Origin: Escherichia coli
Lineage (GTDB): Bacteria > Pseudomonadota > Gammaproteobacteria > Enterobacterales > Enterobacteriaceae
NCBI RefSeq assembly: GCF_041886205.1
Contig: NZ_CP169029.1
Length of the DNA stretch: 64,000 bases
Reading direction: 5' to 3' (one strand)
Part shown: positions 32,429-42,079 of the stretch, piece by piece
How positions within the stretch are numbered: the first letter of the stretch is position 1
How the letters are laid out: each line of letters opens with the position of its first letter
Made by a program: the position numbers and the translations under genes
The notes under the pieces: model-generated
Seen by the model: only the letters and a program-made list of their open reading frames with translations
The model's database searches: none
Told to the model about the DNA's origin: nothing

Positions 32429-33736
32429 CTATCTCTGCCCAAACAGGTTAACGACATTGTTTTCCTGCTGTTGCTGGTGGTTATTCACCCGAGACTCCCA
32501 GATCTCGAGAGCCTTACGCTTTTCAACCAGGTAATCGTAACGATCGTAGTGTTTAGAACTCACATCCTGTAGAGCATGGTTCTGAATGCGGTCACGCAGG
32601 TCTTTAGCAATACCCGCTTCGCCCATCAGGGTCTTACAGGTACGACGAATATCACGCGCAATAAAAGATGGGCTCAACGCAAAGTGTTGCCGGTAATAAA
32701 TGATGGCTTGTGCAAAGCTGTCTGTGCGTAGATGCTGTTCCGGTTTAATACGCTGCGGGAAGATGTAAGGACTCTGACTATGATTCTCAGCTTTCAACTT
32801 TTCGAGTATCTCAATGGCTGACTCAGTCAAAGGCACCAGATGATCCCTTTTATTTTTCGACACATCCGCCACTATCAATAACGTTTTTTCTTCCCAGTTA
32901 ACGGCATCCCAACGGCTGGAAACCAGTTCATGAGGCCGCTGGCCACCCGTATAGACACACAAGTTAAGCAATTGGCTGATTAACGGGCCGACCTTTGGTG
33001 CTTTAGGGAAATCCCCCATCAGTTGCTGCAACTCATCCAGCTTCAGCCAGTTTGTCCCTGCCTTCTCCGCTGCAGATTGTTTGGGTATGACACTCACTGG
33101 GTTCATTTGAAGCCCAAACATCACGTTCTGCTGGTGGTTTGCCGGATCGTTGTCAGCCTTCAACCCATAATTGAATGCTGCCATCAGATAAGAGCGAACA
33201 CGATTTGCTTCAACTGATGCGCCACGTTTAATAATGGTGGCCAGAATTTGTTTGATATGAGCGGGGATAACGTCACGCGCTTTCGTCGCTTTAGGTATAA
33301 ATGGATAGGTTTCTTTTTCCAGCCGGTACAAAACCTGTTGCCAGGTGCGTTTACCGTCTTCACGCATTTTGGTGGTGTAACCCAAAATGAGTTGCTCAAT
33401 GCTGCCTTTGAGCTGGTCTTCACGTTGTTGTTGTTCGGCAGAGAAAAGCTGCTCTGCGATTTCAGCTTTGGGGTCTTTCCCTTCTTTAAGAAGACCCGCA
33501 TGTTCTTTACATTGCTGTCTTGCCTGCGCGAGTGACAACTCTGGGAAACGGCCAAGCAGAATGAATTGCCGTTTTCCTTGCCAAAAATAACGATAGTAAA
33601 ATACTCGCTGACCCGATGGCTCAACTTTCACCCCTAATCGCCCTGCCCCACGCTCACCACTTTTATCCCATTCATAATAAGCAGTAGTCTTCGGCTTCAA
33701 GCCACTAATCATTGAGACAGTTAAATTATCAGCCAT
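32429..33736 (-). CDS. P4-type tyrosine integrase of the ileY island
   Basis: N-terminal arm-binding-like domain (MADNLTVSMISGLKPKTTAYYEWDKSG...RVFYYRYFWQGKRQ); start trimmed from ORF 33838 to ATG at 33736; adjacent to attR. Confidence 0.82.
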   Translation of the reverse strand: MADNLTVSMISGLKPKTTAYYEWDKSGERGAGRLGVKVEPSGQRVFYYRYFWQGKRQFILLGRFPELSLAQARQQCKEHAGLLKEGKDPKAEIAEQLFSAEQQQREDQLKGSIEQLILGYTTKMREDGKRTWQQVLYRLEKETYPFIPKATKARDVIPAHIKQILATIIKRGASVEANRVRSYLMAAFNYGLKADNDPANHQQNVMFGLQMNPVSVIPKQSAAEKAGTNWLKLDELQQLMGDFPKAPKVGPLISQLLNLCVYTGGQRPHELVSSRWDAVNWEEKTLLIVADVSKNKRDHLVPLTESAIEILEKLKAENHSQSPYIFPQRIKPEQHLRTDSFAQAIIYYRQHFALSPSFIARDIRRTCKTLMGEAGIAKDLRDRIQNHALQDVSSKHYDRYDYLVEKRKALEIWESRVNNHQQQQENNVVNLFGQR

Positions 33737-33758
33737 AGTATTTTTCAGTCCTTTGTTC

Positions 33759-33804
33759 GTTACGTCACCCAGTCTGATTCTGGGTGACGTAGTGGGTGAC
33801 GTAA
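33759..33804. repeat. Three GGGTGACGTA motifs (one inverted, two direct) upstream of the island integrase
   Basis: gttacgtcaccc ... tgggtgacgtagtgggtgacgtaa; same motif as 13977-14001. Confidence 0.45.
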
Positions 33805-33929
33805 GGATGATACTGAAGGTAAAAACGCAGAACAACATGAAACAACAACCAGCAAATAACCTACTGTTATTTATTAAATTTAATCTAACGTGAAAAAAGA
33901 TGCAAAATCATGAAACATGGATTTCATAT

Positions 33930-33976
33930 GACTCATAATCGCTTGGTCGCTGGTTCAAGTCCAGCAGGGGCCACCA
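33930..33976 (+). repeat. 47-bp direct repeat of the ileY 3' end (attR of the island)
   Basis: Identical to tRNA positions 13874-13920. Confidence 0.85.
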
Positions 33977-34731
33977 AATCATCATTCATGTATCAGGAAG
34001 AGTTAAGGGTACAAGGGGTACTCGATGGCGGTCTATATTTCACGATTAACGCCATTTCAAGGAAGAAGTGCGGTGGGTGGTTTCGAATGAGGGCTGGTGT
34101 TTTGGTACGTGGCATGCCACTGCAATGTATTTATCCATCAGTACTCATTCAAAAGTACCTGGAAAAAATGCCCGCTATGCCAAGCGGGCAAATTGCTTAC
34201 ATGTGGAATTAAGTAATTAACGATAAAGCCAGAGTATTATCATTTATCATGCCTCTTCATTTAATCAGGTTAATTACTCAAATCACTGAACTATTCTCTG
34301 TTCGCTTACTGATGATAAGTGAAGTGTCACAACCACGATTTGTATGTGGACCAATGCCGTAGAGTAAGGATGAAATGTCTCTGCCACGCATTAAACATCT
34401 ACTACTGACCAGAACACCCGCCGCAGGCAGATGAGTCTTGTGAGTATTACAGAAGCATGGCTATGCTCATTAACCAACTCTAATAGATATAAATTCCTAA
34501 CACTCGAAAAACGAATTTCACTAATAAGTCATAACGGGTGATTTTTATCATACAGCGAAATAACCTTTTGTTTATTAAATTTAACATTCTTGTGCTTATT
34601 TAATTAAAAATTCCATGCGTAGCATGTGAAACAGTTAATGTCAGCAAATGTCTCAAATGAGCGATTTTTTATAGTGACAAACAGTAATAACGTTAAAAAT
34701 AGCCATGAAGACATTAACTGAGGAATAGACA

Positions 34732-36081
34732 ATGTTAGTTAGTAAAAGCAACGAATTTAACACTAGCGCAGTTTTGGCTAGCAGGAATTATAATGAAAAC
34801 AATTCTTCCAACCCCATGGGGCTACTAGCTTATAGTATTTTAAATTTAATTTGTAAGGAAGCTGCCTCAGGGACGTACAACGGTGCTATTGAAATTTTAC
34901 AAAAAATGATGTCTGAATGTAAATATCAAGAAGGCAACGCCTTTGTCATTATGGGATCTGGAGAACAATTAAAACGTATTAAATATGATGTTGATGAAAA
35001 TAACTTAAAAGTATTCAACGTACACTTTAATAATAATGAAGAGTTAGTTACTGATGGTGAGCCTGACGTAGTATGTTTAAGCAAGCAGGAGTGGGAAAAT
35101 CTTCTCATTAAATTAAAACCGGAGATTAAAGAAAATGTGTTTTCTGAAAATAACAAATCATCGAGAGAAAATAATGTTGATCAGTATGTTCAATCCGCTA
35201 AAAGAAATGAACAGGCCCTTTTCGATAATATAATAAAAAGTGATTTTCATGTTGCTTCACTTCAGCCAGGTAGTACGCGTAGTGTTATTTCAGAAACGCC
35301 ACGAAATGTCTGTATGGAACCACGTAATTCCTATGAAACCAAAATAGATGAGATTTCATCTTTGTCAGAGTCAAAGGAACACTCCATAGATATTCAAGAA
35401 AAAACAGATGCGTTTGTGAATGAGTTCAAGGGGATATTATTTGATAAAAATGGAACGTCTTCAGAGTTTCTACTTAATTTTTATGAATGTTGCTATGAGT
35501 TTTTACCAAGAGCGCAGCCTCAGGATAAAATCGATAGCTATAATTCAGCACTGCAAGCTTTTTCCATCTTTTGTTCATCTACGTTGACACATAATAATAT
35601 AGGCTTTGATTTCAAATTATTTCCAGAAGTCAAGCTGTCTAGAGAACATCTTGAAACGGTATTCAAATACAAAAATGGCGATGATGTCCGGGAGATAGCC
35701 AAAATTAACATTACTCTCCAAAAAGAAGAGGGTGGTTTATATAATTTACGTGGATTAGATTTTAAGGGATGCTTCTTTTCTGGACAGAACTTCAGTAACT
35801 ATGATATTCAATATGTGAACTGGGGAACGTCATTGTTTGATCTTGATACTCCATGTATTTTTAATGCGCCTGCTTACAACAAGAGTAATGAAAAATCATT
35901 AGAACGCGTCAGCGAAAACGGTTTAAGTGGAGTCTTGTCTGATCGTAATAAAAAAATAAAACTCATCACGGGCGTGGCACCATTCGATGATATTTTATTT
36001 ATGGATGACGACTTTGATGATAGTTCCTCTGAGGATGATCCCGTTGAGAATAGTCCTGTTGTGACTAGTCCCCTTGTATAA
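34732..36081 (+). CDS. Hypothetical AT-rich protein (449 aa), possibly YpjC-like; acidic Ser/Asp-rich C-terminus
   Basis: Long clean ORF, low GC, Asn/Lys-rich; position equivalent to ypjC next to the ancestral ileY junction. Confidence 0.45.
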   Translation: MLVSKSNEFNTSAVLASRNYNENNSSNPMGLLAYSILNLICKEAASGTYNGAIEILQKMMSECKYQEGNAFVIMGSGEQLKRIKYDVDENNLKVFNVHFNNNEELVTDGEPDVVCLSKQEWENLLIKLKPEIKENVFSENNKSSRENNVDQYVQSAKRNEQALFDNIIKSDFHVASLQPGSTRSVISETPRNVCMEPRNSYETKIDEISSLSESKEHSIDIQEKTDAFVNEFKGILFDKNGTSSEFLLNFYECCYEFLPRAQPQDKIDSYNSALQAFSIFCSSTLTHNNIGFDFKLFPEVKLSREHLETVFKYKNGDDVREIAKINITLQKEEGGLYNLRGLDFKGCFFSGQNFSNYDIQYVNWGTSLFDLDTPCIFNAPAYNKSNEKSLERVSENGLSGVLSDRNKKIKLITGVAPFDDILFMDDDFDDSSSEDDPVENSPVVTSPLV

Positions 36082-36485
36082 AGTTCTAAAAGCAGTTTTC
36101 AATGATAAATAAATGGCTATTTTTACGAAGAGATAATAACGTAGATTGAAACAATATGTATTATTGATTGAGTAAACGGGATTATTATTCACACTACATC
36201 CATTTTAGTGTCACTACCAAAGAAAAAGGGGCTACGTTTTCATGTAACCCCTTGATTTATTTGGTGGGCTGGCAGTGACTGAATTGGTGCTGTAATTGGT
36301 TGAAATATTTCATCTAATGTCTGGTTTAACTTTCCTTAGCTGCCTGAAAGTTTTTTGATCTCACCCAGCAATAACAGCGTTACGGTGCACCACGACTGAC
36401 TGAAGAACTGCGTGCTCAGGGTTACCACTTCAACGTAAAACCGTGGCAGGAGGTCCGGACTGAAAAAACTGCTCAGGACATTATC

Positions 36486-36612
36486 GGCAGGGTACGCACT
36501 GGTAGTCTGTAAACTGAACCGACTGGGGCGCAGTATGTGGCATCTTGTCGTGCTGTTGGAGGAGCTGTGCGAACGTGGTATTAACTTTCGTGCTCTGGCC
36601 CAATCTATATTT
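36486..36612 (+). pseudogene. pinH: Serine recombinase (Pin/Gin invertase family) fragment, pinH-like
   Basis: Translation ...[37 protein letters not shown] matches the resolvase catalytic-domain motif; no intact N- or C-terminus. Confidence 0.6.
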
Positions 36613-37007
36613 GCCCAACAATGGGGGGACGGAAGCTGTAAAAGTAAAACAATCTGCGATCTCAGAGTTATTGTGTGATTTTTATGTGAGCAGAAGATAT
36701 TCATCAGAAACGATTATGTAAATCATTTTATTTTGCCGACTGCCTGATTGTCGAAAGAAAAGAATACGCCCGGGTTTCCTGAATAGATTGACTTTTTTAT
36801 CCAACCACACTTCAGCGCACTGCGTTTAAAAAATGCCTCATTCTTATGCGGAATATCATCATTTCATCATGATGTCTTTGATGAGCGGTGAACACAATAC
36901 ACTTGCGCTGTCTCTTCAGGATGAATCCCCTGGTCTGGTGCCTGTGGGCTGATGTTGCAGCAAAGCTAAGGTCGCTTAAACGCTACTCAGTATTCACTTT
37001 TCAGAGG

Positions 37008-40000
37008 ATGAAATTTATGAACAGGACCAGTCCCTATTATTTTCGCCGCTCAGTACTTTCCTTATTGATATCTGCCCTGATATATGCTCCGCCCGGGATG
37101 GCGGCCTTTACTACTAATGTTATTGGTGTGGTAAATGATGAGACTGTAGATGGCAACCAACGAGTAGATGAACGAGGTACAACAAATAACACTCATATTA
37201 TCAACCATGGCCAGCAGAGTGTTTATGGCGGAGTATCTAATGGAAGTATTATTGAATCGGGTGGATATCAAGATGTTGGAAGGAATAACAATTATATGGG
37301 GCAGTCTAATAATACAACCATTAACGGAGGAAGACAGACAATTCATGACGGGGGCATTTCCACCGGTACGATAATCGACAGTGGCAATCAGGACGTTTAT
37401 ACAGGTGGTATCAGCAATGGAACGACAATTAAGGGTGGTAATTCACACATAAGTGGGGGGACTGCGAATGGAACAATCATTGATGGTGGCAGCCAACGAG
37501 TAACAACGCAGGGGCATGTTGACAGTACAACGATAAATAAGTCTGGCTCTCAGGACATCACGCAAGGAAGTCTGGCGACGAACACAATCATAAATGGTGG
37601 ACGACAGTATGTTGAACAGAGCACAGTAGGAACAACCACCATTAAAAATGGCGGTGAGCAAAGAGTATATGAAAGCCATGCGCTGGACACGACGATTGAA
37701 GGTGGAACTCAGTCTCTGAATAATAAGTCAACGGCAAAAAATACTCAGATCTATTCTGGTGGTACGCAAATTGTTGATAACACCAGCACCTCGGATGTTA
37801 TTGAAGTTTATTCCGGTGGCGTGCTTGATGTTAGTGGTGGTACGGCAACAAATGTTACCCAGCACGATGGTGCAATTTTAAAAACAAACACTAACGGTAC
37901 GACGGTGAACGGTACGAATAGTGAAGGTGCATTCTCCATCCACAATCACGTGGCAGACAATGTGTTGCTGGAAAACGGTGGTCATTTAGACATAAACGCA
38001 TATGGTTCGGCAAACAAGACTATTATCAAAGATAAAGGAACAATGTCAGTTTTAACCAATGCTAAAGCTGATGCGACCCGAATAGATAACGGCGGGGTAA
38101 TGGATGTTGCCGGAAACGCGACCAATACCATAATTAATGGTGGCACACAGAATATTAATAATTATGGCATAGCCACGGGAACCAATATCAACAGCGGAAC
38201 GCAAAATATCAAGAGCGGCGGGAAAGCTGACACGACAATTATATCCTCCGGGAGCCGGCAGGTTGTTGAGAAAGATGGTACGGCAACTGGCAGCAATATT
38301 AGCGCCGGAGGCTCGCTGATTGTCTATACCGGCGGTATTGCACATGGGGTTAACCAGGAGACGGGCAGTGCTTTAGTTGCCAACACGGGTGCAGGGACTG
38401 ATATCGAAGGATACAACAAGCTCTCTCACTTCACTATTACCGGAGGGGAGGCTAATTATGTTGTGCTGGAAAATACCGGCGAACTGACGGTAGTGGCTAA
38501 AACCTCGGCGAAAAATACTACCATTGATACTGGCGGTAAGCTGATTGTCCAGAAGGAGGCTAAAACAGATAGCACCAGACTTAATAATGGCGGCGTTCTG
38601 GAGGTTCAGGACGGTGGTGAGGCTAAGCATGTTGAGCAACAATCCGGCGGCGCATTAATTGCTTCCACGACCTCCGGAACACTTATCGAAGGAACCAACA
38701 GTTATGGTGATGCTTTCTACATCAGGAATTCAGAAGCTAAAAATGTAGTGCTGGAAAACGCTGGCTCATTAACAGTCGTCACTGGTTCCCGGGCAGTTGA
38801 TACGATTATTAATGCCAATGGCAAAATGGATGTTTATGGAAAAGATGTTGGCACTGTACTTAATAGTGCTGGCACCCAAACAATATATGCCAGTGCCACT
38901 TCTGATAAAGCAAATATCAAAGGTGGCAAGCAAACGGTATATGGTTTAGCCACTGAAGCAAATATCGAAAGTGGTGAACAAATTGTTGATGGTGGGTCAA
39001 CAGAGAAAACACACATCAATGGTGGCACGCAAATCGTTCAGAATTATGGTAAGGCAATCAATACCGATATCGTCTCTGGCCTACAACAAATTATGGCAAA
39101 CGGGACAGCGGAAGGTTCCATTATTAATGGGGGTTCACAGGTAGTTAATGAGGGCGGTCTGGCTGAAAACTCGGTGCTTAATGACGGCGGCACACTCGAT
39201 GTGCGGGAGAAAGGCAGCGCAACGGGGATACAGCAGAGTAGCCAGGGCGCTTTGGTTGCAACCACCAGGGCGACGCGGGTCACAGGAACACGCGCGGATG
39301 GCGTCGCGTTCAGCATCGAGCAGGGTGCGGCGAACAATATCCTGCTGGCAAATGGCGGCGTGTTAACCGTGGAGTCAGACACCTCTTCTGACAAAACACA
39401 GGTCAATATGGGCGGACGGGAGATCGTCAAAACAAAAGCCACTGCGACAGGCACGACGCTCACCGGCGGTGAACAAATTGTCGAGGGTGTGGCGAATGAG
39501 ACAACAATTAACGACGGCGGAATACAAACAGTTTCAGCTAACGGAGAGGCAATAAAAACAAAGATCAATGAAGGCGGTACGCTGACAGTCAACGATAATG
39601 GCAAAGCGACAGATATCGTCCAGAACAGCGGTGCCGCTCTCCAGACGAGCACGGCTAACGGTATTGAAATCAGCGGTACTCACCAGTACGGTACTTTTTC
39701 CATTTCCGGCAATTTAGCGACCAATATGTTGCTGGAAAATGGCGGTAATTTATTGGTATTAGCAGGTACCGAAGCTCGCGACTCCACGGTTGGCAAGGGT
39801 GGGGCAATGCAAAACCTGGGTCAGGACTCCGCCACAAAGGTTAACTCTGGCGGGCAATATACCCTTGGGCGGTCAAAAGATGAGTTTCAGGCTCTGGCCC
39901 GGGCAGAAGATCTCCAGGTCGCTGGCGGTACGGCAATCGTCTACGCAGGTACGCTGGCGGATGCATCGGTCAGTGGCGCGACAGGAAGCCTGTCGTTAAT

Positions 40001-41597
40001 GACGCCACGGGATAATGTTACGCCAGTTAAACTCGAAGGGGCGGTCCGGATTACCGATAGCGCGACATTGACTCTGGGAAATGGCGTCGATACCACGCTT
40101 GCCGACCTGACGGCTGCCAGCCGGGGCAGTGTCTGGCTTAACAGCAATAATTCCTGTGCAGGTACCAGCAACTGCGAATATAGAGTAAACAGTTTGCTAC
40201 TCAACGACGGTGATGTTTATTTGTCAGCACAAACAGCAGCGCCTGCCACAACTAACGGTATCTACAATACGCTGACAACCAATGAACTTTCCGGTAGCGG
40301 TAATTTCTACCTGCATACCAACGTTGCAGGCTCCCGGGGCGATCAACTGGTCGTCAACAACAACGCCACTGGTAATTTTAAAATCTTTGTTCAGGATACC
40401 GGCGTCAGCCCACAGTCTGACGACGCGATGACGCTGGTGAAAACAGGGGGAGGGGATGCTTCGTTTACGCTGGGCAATACCGGCGGTTTCGTTGATCTTG
40501 GGACCTATGAGTATGTCCTGAAAAGTGACGGCAACAGCAACTGGAACCTGACCAATGATGTCAAACCCAACCCGGACCCCATCCCAAATCCAAAGCCAGA
40601 CCCAAAACCCGATCCAAAGCCAGACCCAAATCCAAAACCAGACCCTACTCCCGATCCAACGCCGACACCCGTTCCGGAGAAACGCATTACGCCTTCTACG
40701 GCAGCCGTACTCAATATGGCAGCAACATTACCGTTGGTATTTGATGCTGAGCTAAACAGTATTCGCGAGCGGTTGAACATAATGAAAGCGAGTCCACACA
40801 ACAATAATGTCTGGGGGGCGACGTATAACACCCGTAATAATGTCACCACCGATGCGGGTGCCGGGTTTGAGCAGACGCTGACCGGAATGACAGTGGGGAT
40901 CGACAGCCGTAATGATATTCCTGAAGGAATTACCACGCTAGGCGCTTTTATGGGCTATTCCCATTCACATATCGGTTTTGATCGCGGAGGACATGGCAGT
41001 GTGGGCAGTTATTCTCTGGGCGGCTATGCCAGTTGGGAACATGAAAGTGGTTTCTATCTGGACGGTGTCGTGAAGCTGAACCGTTTTAAAAGTAACGTAG
41101 CAGGTAAAATGAGCAGCGGTGGAGCCGCCAATGGCAGTTACCACAGCAACGGGCTGGGCGGTCACATTGAAACCGGGATGCGATTTACCGATGGTAACTG
41201 GAACCTGACGCCGTATGCATCGTTAACGGGGTTCACCGCTGATAACCCCGAATATCATTTATCCAATGGCATGGAATCGAAATCAGTCGATACCCGCAGT
41301 ATATATCGTGAACTGGGTGCAACGCTGAGTTACAACATGCGTCTGGGGAACGGTATGGAAGTTGAGCCGTGGCTGAAGGCGGCTGTGCGCAAAGAATTTG
41401 TCGATGATAACCGGGTGAAGGTGAATAATGACGGTAATTTCGTCAATGATTTGTCGGGCAGACGTGGAATATACCAGGCAGGTATTAAAGCCTCATTCAG
41501 TAGTACGTTAAGCGGGCATCTCGGGGTGGGGTATAGCCATGGTGCCGGTGTGGAATCACCGTGGAACGCGGTGGCTGGTGTGAACTGGTCGTTCTGA
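37008..41597 (+). CDS. ypjA: AIDA-I-type autotransporter adhesin, YpjA-like
   Basis: Signal peptide (MKFMNRTSPYYFRRSVLSLLISALIYAPPGMAAF), long repetitive GG-x-Q/T beta-helix passenger, Pro-rich linker, C-terminal beta-barrel ending ...AGVNWSF; start trimmed from ORF 36888. Confidence 0.85.
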   Translation: MKFMNRTSPYYFRRSVLSLLISALIYAPPGMAAFTTNVIGVVNDETVDGNQRVDERGTTNNTHIINHGQQSVYGGVSNGSIIESGGYQDVGRNNNYMGQSNNTTINGGRQTIHDGGISTGTIIDSGNQDVYTGGISNGTTIKGGNSHISGGTANGTIIDGGSQRVTTQGHVDSTTINKSGSQDITQGSLATNTIINGGRQYVEQSTVGTTTIKNGGEQRVYESHALDTTIEGGTQSLNNKSTAKNTQIYSGGTQIVDNTSTSDVIEVYSGGVLDVSGGTATNVTQHDGAILKTNTNGTTVNGTNSEGAFSIHNHVADNVLLENGGHLDINAYGSANKTIIKDKGTMSVLTNAKADATRIDNGGVMDVAGNATNTIINGGTQNINNYGIATGTNINSGTQNIKSGGKADTTIISSGSRQVVEKDGTATGSNISAGGSLIVYTGGIAHGVNQETGSALVANTGAGTDIEGYNKLSHFTITGGEANYVVLENTGELTVVAKTSAKNTTIDTGGKLIVQKEAKTDSTRLNNGGVLEVQDGGEAKHVEQQSGGALIASTTSGTLIEGTNSYGDAFYIRNSEAKNVVLENAGSLTVVTGSRAVDTIINANGKMDVYGKDVGTVLNSAGTQTIYASATSDKANIKGGKQTVYGLATEANIESGEQIVDGGSTEKTHINGGTQIVQNYGKAINTDIVSGLQQIMANGTAEGSIINGGSQVVNEGGLAENSVLNDGGTLDVREKGSATGIQQSSQGALVATTRATRVTGTRADGVAFSIEQGAANNILLANGGVLTVESDTSSDKTQVNMGGREIVKTKATATGTTLTGGEQIVEGVANETTINDGGIQTVSANGEAIKTKINEGGTLTVNDNGKATDIVQNSGAALQTSTANGIEISGTHQYGTFSISGNLATNMLLENGGNLLVLAGTEARDSTVGKGGAMQNLGQDSATKVNSGGQYTLGRSKDEFQALARAEDLQVAGGTAIVYAGTLADASVSGATGSLSLMTPRDNVTPVKLEGAVRITDSATLTLGNGVDTTLADLTAASRGSVWLNSNNSCAGTSNCEYRVNSLLLNDGDVYLSAQTAAPATTNGIYNTLTTNELSGSGNFYLHTNVAGSRGDQLVVNNNATGNFKIFVQDTGVSPQSDDAMTLVKTGGGDASFTLGNTGGFVDLGTYEYVLKSDGNSNWNLTNDVKPNPDPIPNPKPDPKPDPKPDPNPKPDPTPDPTPTPVPEKRITPSTAAVLNMAATLPLVFDAELNSIRERLNIMKASPHNNNVWGATYNTRNNVTTDAGAGFEQTLTGMTVGIDSRNDIPEGITTLGAFMGYSHSHIGFDRGGHGSVGSYSLGGYASWEHESGFYLDGVVKLNRFKSNVAGKMSSGGAANGSYHSNGLGGHIETGMRFTDGNWNLTPYASLTGFTADNPEYHLSNGMESKSVDTRSIYRELGATLSYNMRLGNGMEVEPWLKAAVRKEFVDDNRVKVNNDGNFVNDLSGRRGIYQAGIKASFSSTLSGHLGVGYSHGAGVESPWNAVAGVNWSF
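40561..40672 (+). repeat. Tandem short repeats encoding the (P-D/N/K-P) linker inside ypjA
   Basis: cccaaatccaaagccagacccaaaacccgatccaaagccagacccaaatccaaaaccagaccc, encoding PNPDPIPNPKPDPKPDPKPDPNPKPDPTPDPTPTP. Confidence 0.7.
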
Positions 41598-41609
41598 CCA
41601 TCAACGAAA

Positions 41610-41640
41610 AAGCCCACATCTGTGGGCTTTCATGTTACCA
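41610..41640 (+). terminator. Intrinsic terminator after ypjA
   Basis: Hairpin aaagcccacatctgtgggcttt immediately after the stop. Confidence 0.55.
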
Positions 41641-41825
41641 GGAGCCGCGGCTCTTTTGCGTATCCTGTTTTGTCTCCTCACCGTCTGGTCGGTGTCCTGC
41701 TGAGGCTGCTAACTTCCTGTTTTTGTTGGTGTTGTCCTTACACCGTCCAATCATGATTGGGCTGGCGGAGTCTGAATAACATTTGCAACATAATGTTTTT
41801 ATTGTTTATTTTCCAATTCAACTTT

Positions 41826-41854
41826 CATTGGTATACCTAAGCGTATACCAATGG
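41826..41854. repeat. Palindromic GGTATAC-containing repeat at the left end of the P4-like element
   Basis: cattggtatacctaagcgtataccaatgg; close copy of cgtatacctaaacgtataccaat at 53200-53222. Confidence 0.5.
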
Positions 41855-41932
41855 CGATTTGTTGCAATGATTCCTGTGGTTAAGCGAACTTGTTGTTGAA
41901 TAGCTCACATCAAGAAAAAAACTTTTTTTACG

Positions 41933-42034
41933 GAAAACTGTTCACACTGTTCACTCGCCATTATTTGTCTTTAATTTCAATGTGATATACGGTGAATAGT
42001 CCGTGAACAGTGAACACTTTACTGTTCACTTTCC
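41933..42034. promoter_or_regulatory. Cluster of TGTTCAC/GTGAACA octamer iterons downstream of the primase gene, P4 ori-like
   Basis: ctgttcacactgttcac ... ggtgaatagtccgtgaacagtgaacactttactgttcac; resembles P4 type I iterons bound by alpha. Confidence 0.5.
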
Positions 42035-42079
42035 GGGATTTCAGGTAAAAAAAGACCGGCTGATGCCGGTCCGGGTAGG

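Larger units (their letters stand above)
13921..33929. mobile_element. About 20 kb integrative island inserted at the 3' end of ileY (attL at the tRNA, attR at 33930-33976)
   Basis: 47-bp direct repeat of the tRNA 3' end at 33930-33976; P4-type integrase at the distal end; AlpA-like and YfjJ-like genes; restriction and RT cargo. Confidence 0.75.

Noticed and set aside
33910-34212. 100-aa ORF spanning the partial tRNA repeat
   Set aside because: Overlaps the attR tRNA-derived repeat; its translation includes the tRNA sequence itself; no RBS.
36336-36704. 122-aa minus-strand ORF overlapping the pinH fragment
   Set aside because: The resolvase-like reading on the plus strand explains the conservation; the minus-strand ORF is low-complexity.
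36888-37007. N-terminal extension of the ypjA ORF
   Set aside because: The predicted signal peptide begins after the ATG at 37008, which has a GAGGA RBS; the upstream in-frame codons are likely untranslated leader.
41753-41776. Degenerate ssrA 3'-end-like sequence as the P4-like attL core
   Set aside because: Only partial identity (a gctggcgg core plus scattered matches) to the ssrA 3' end; too weak to call an att core by eye, so it is mentioned only as a tentative boundary marker.
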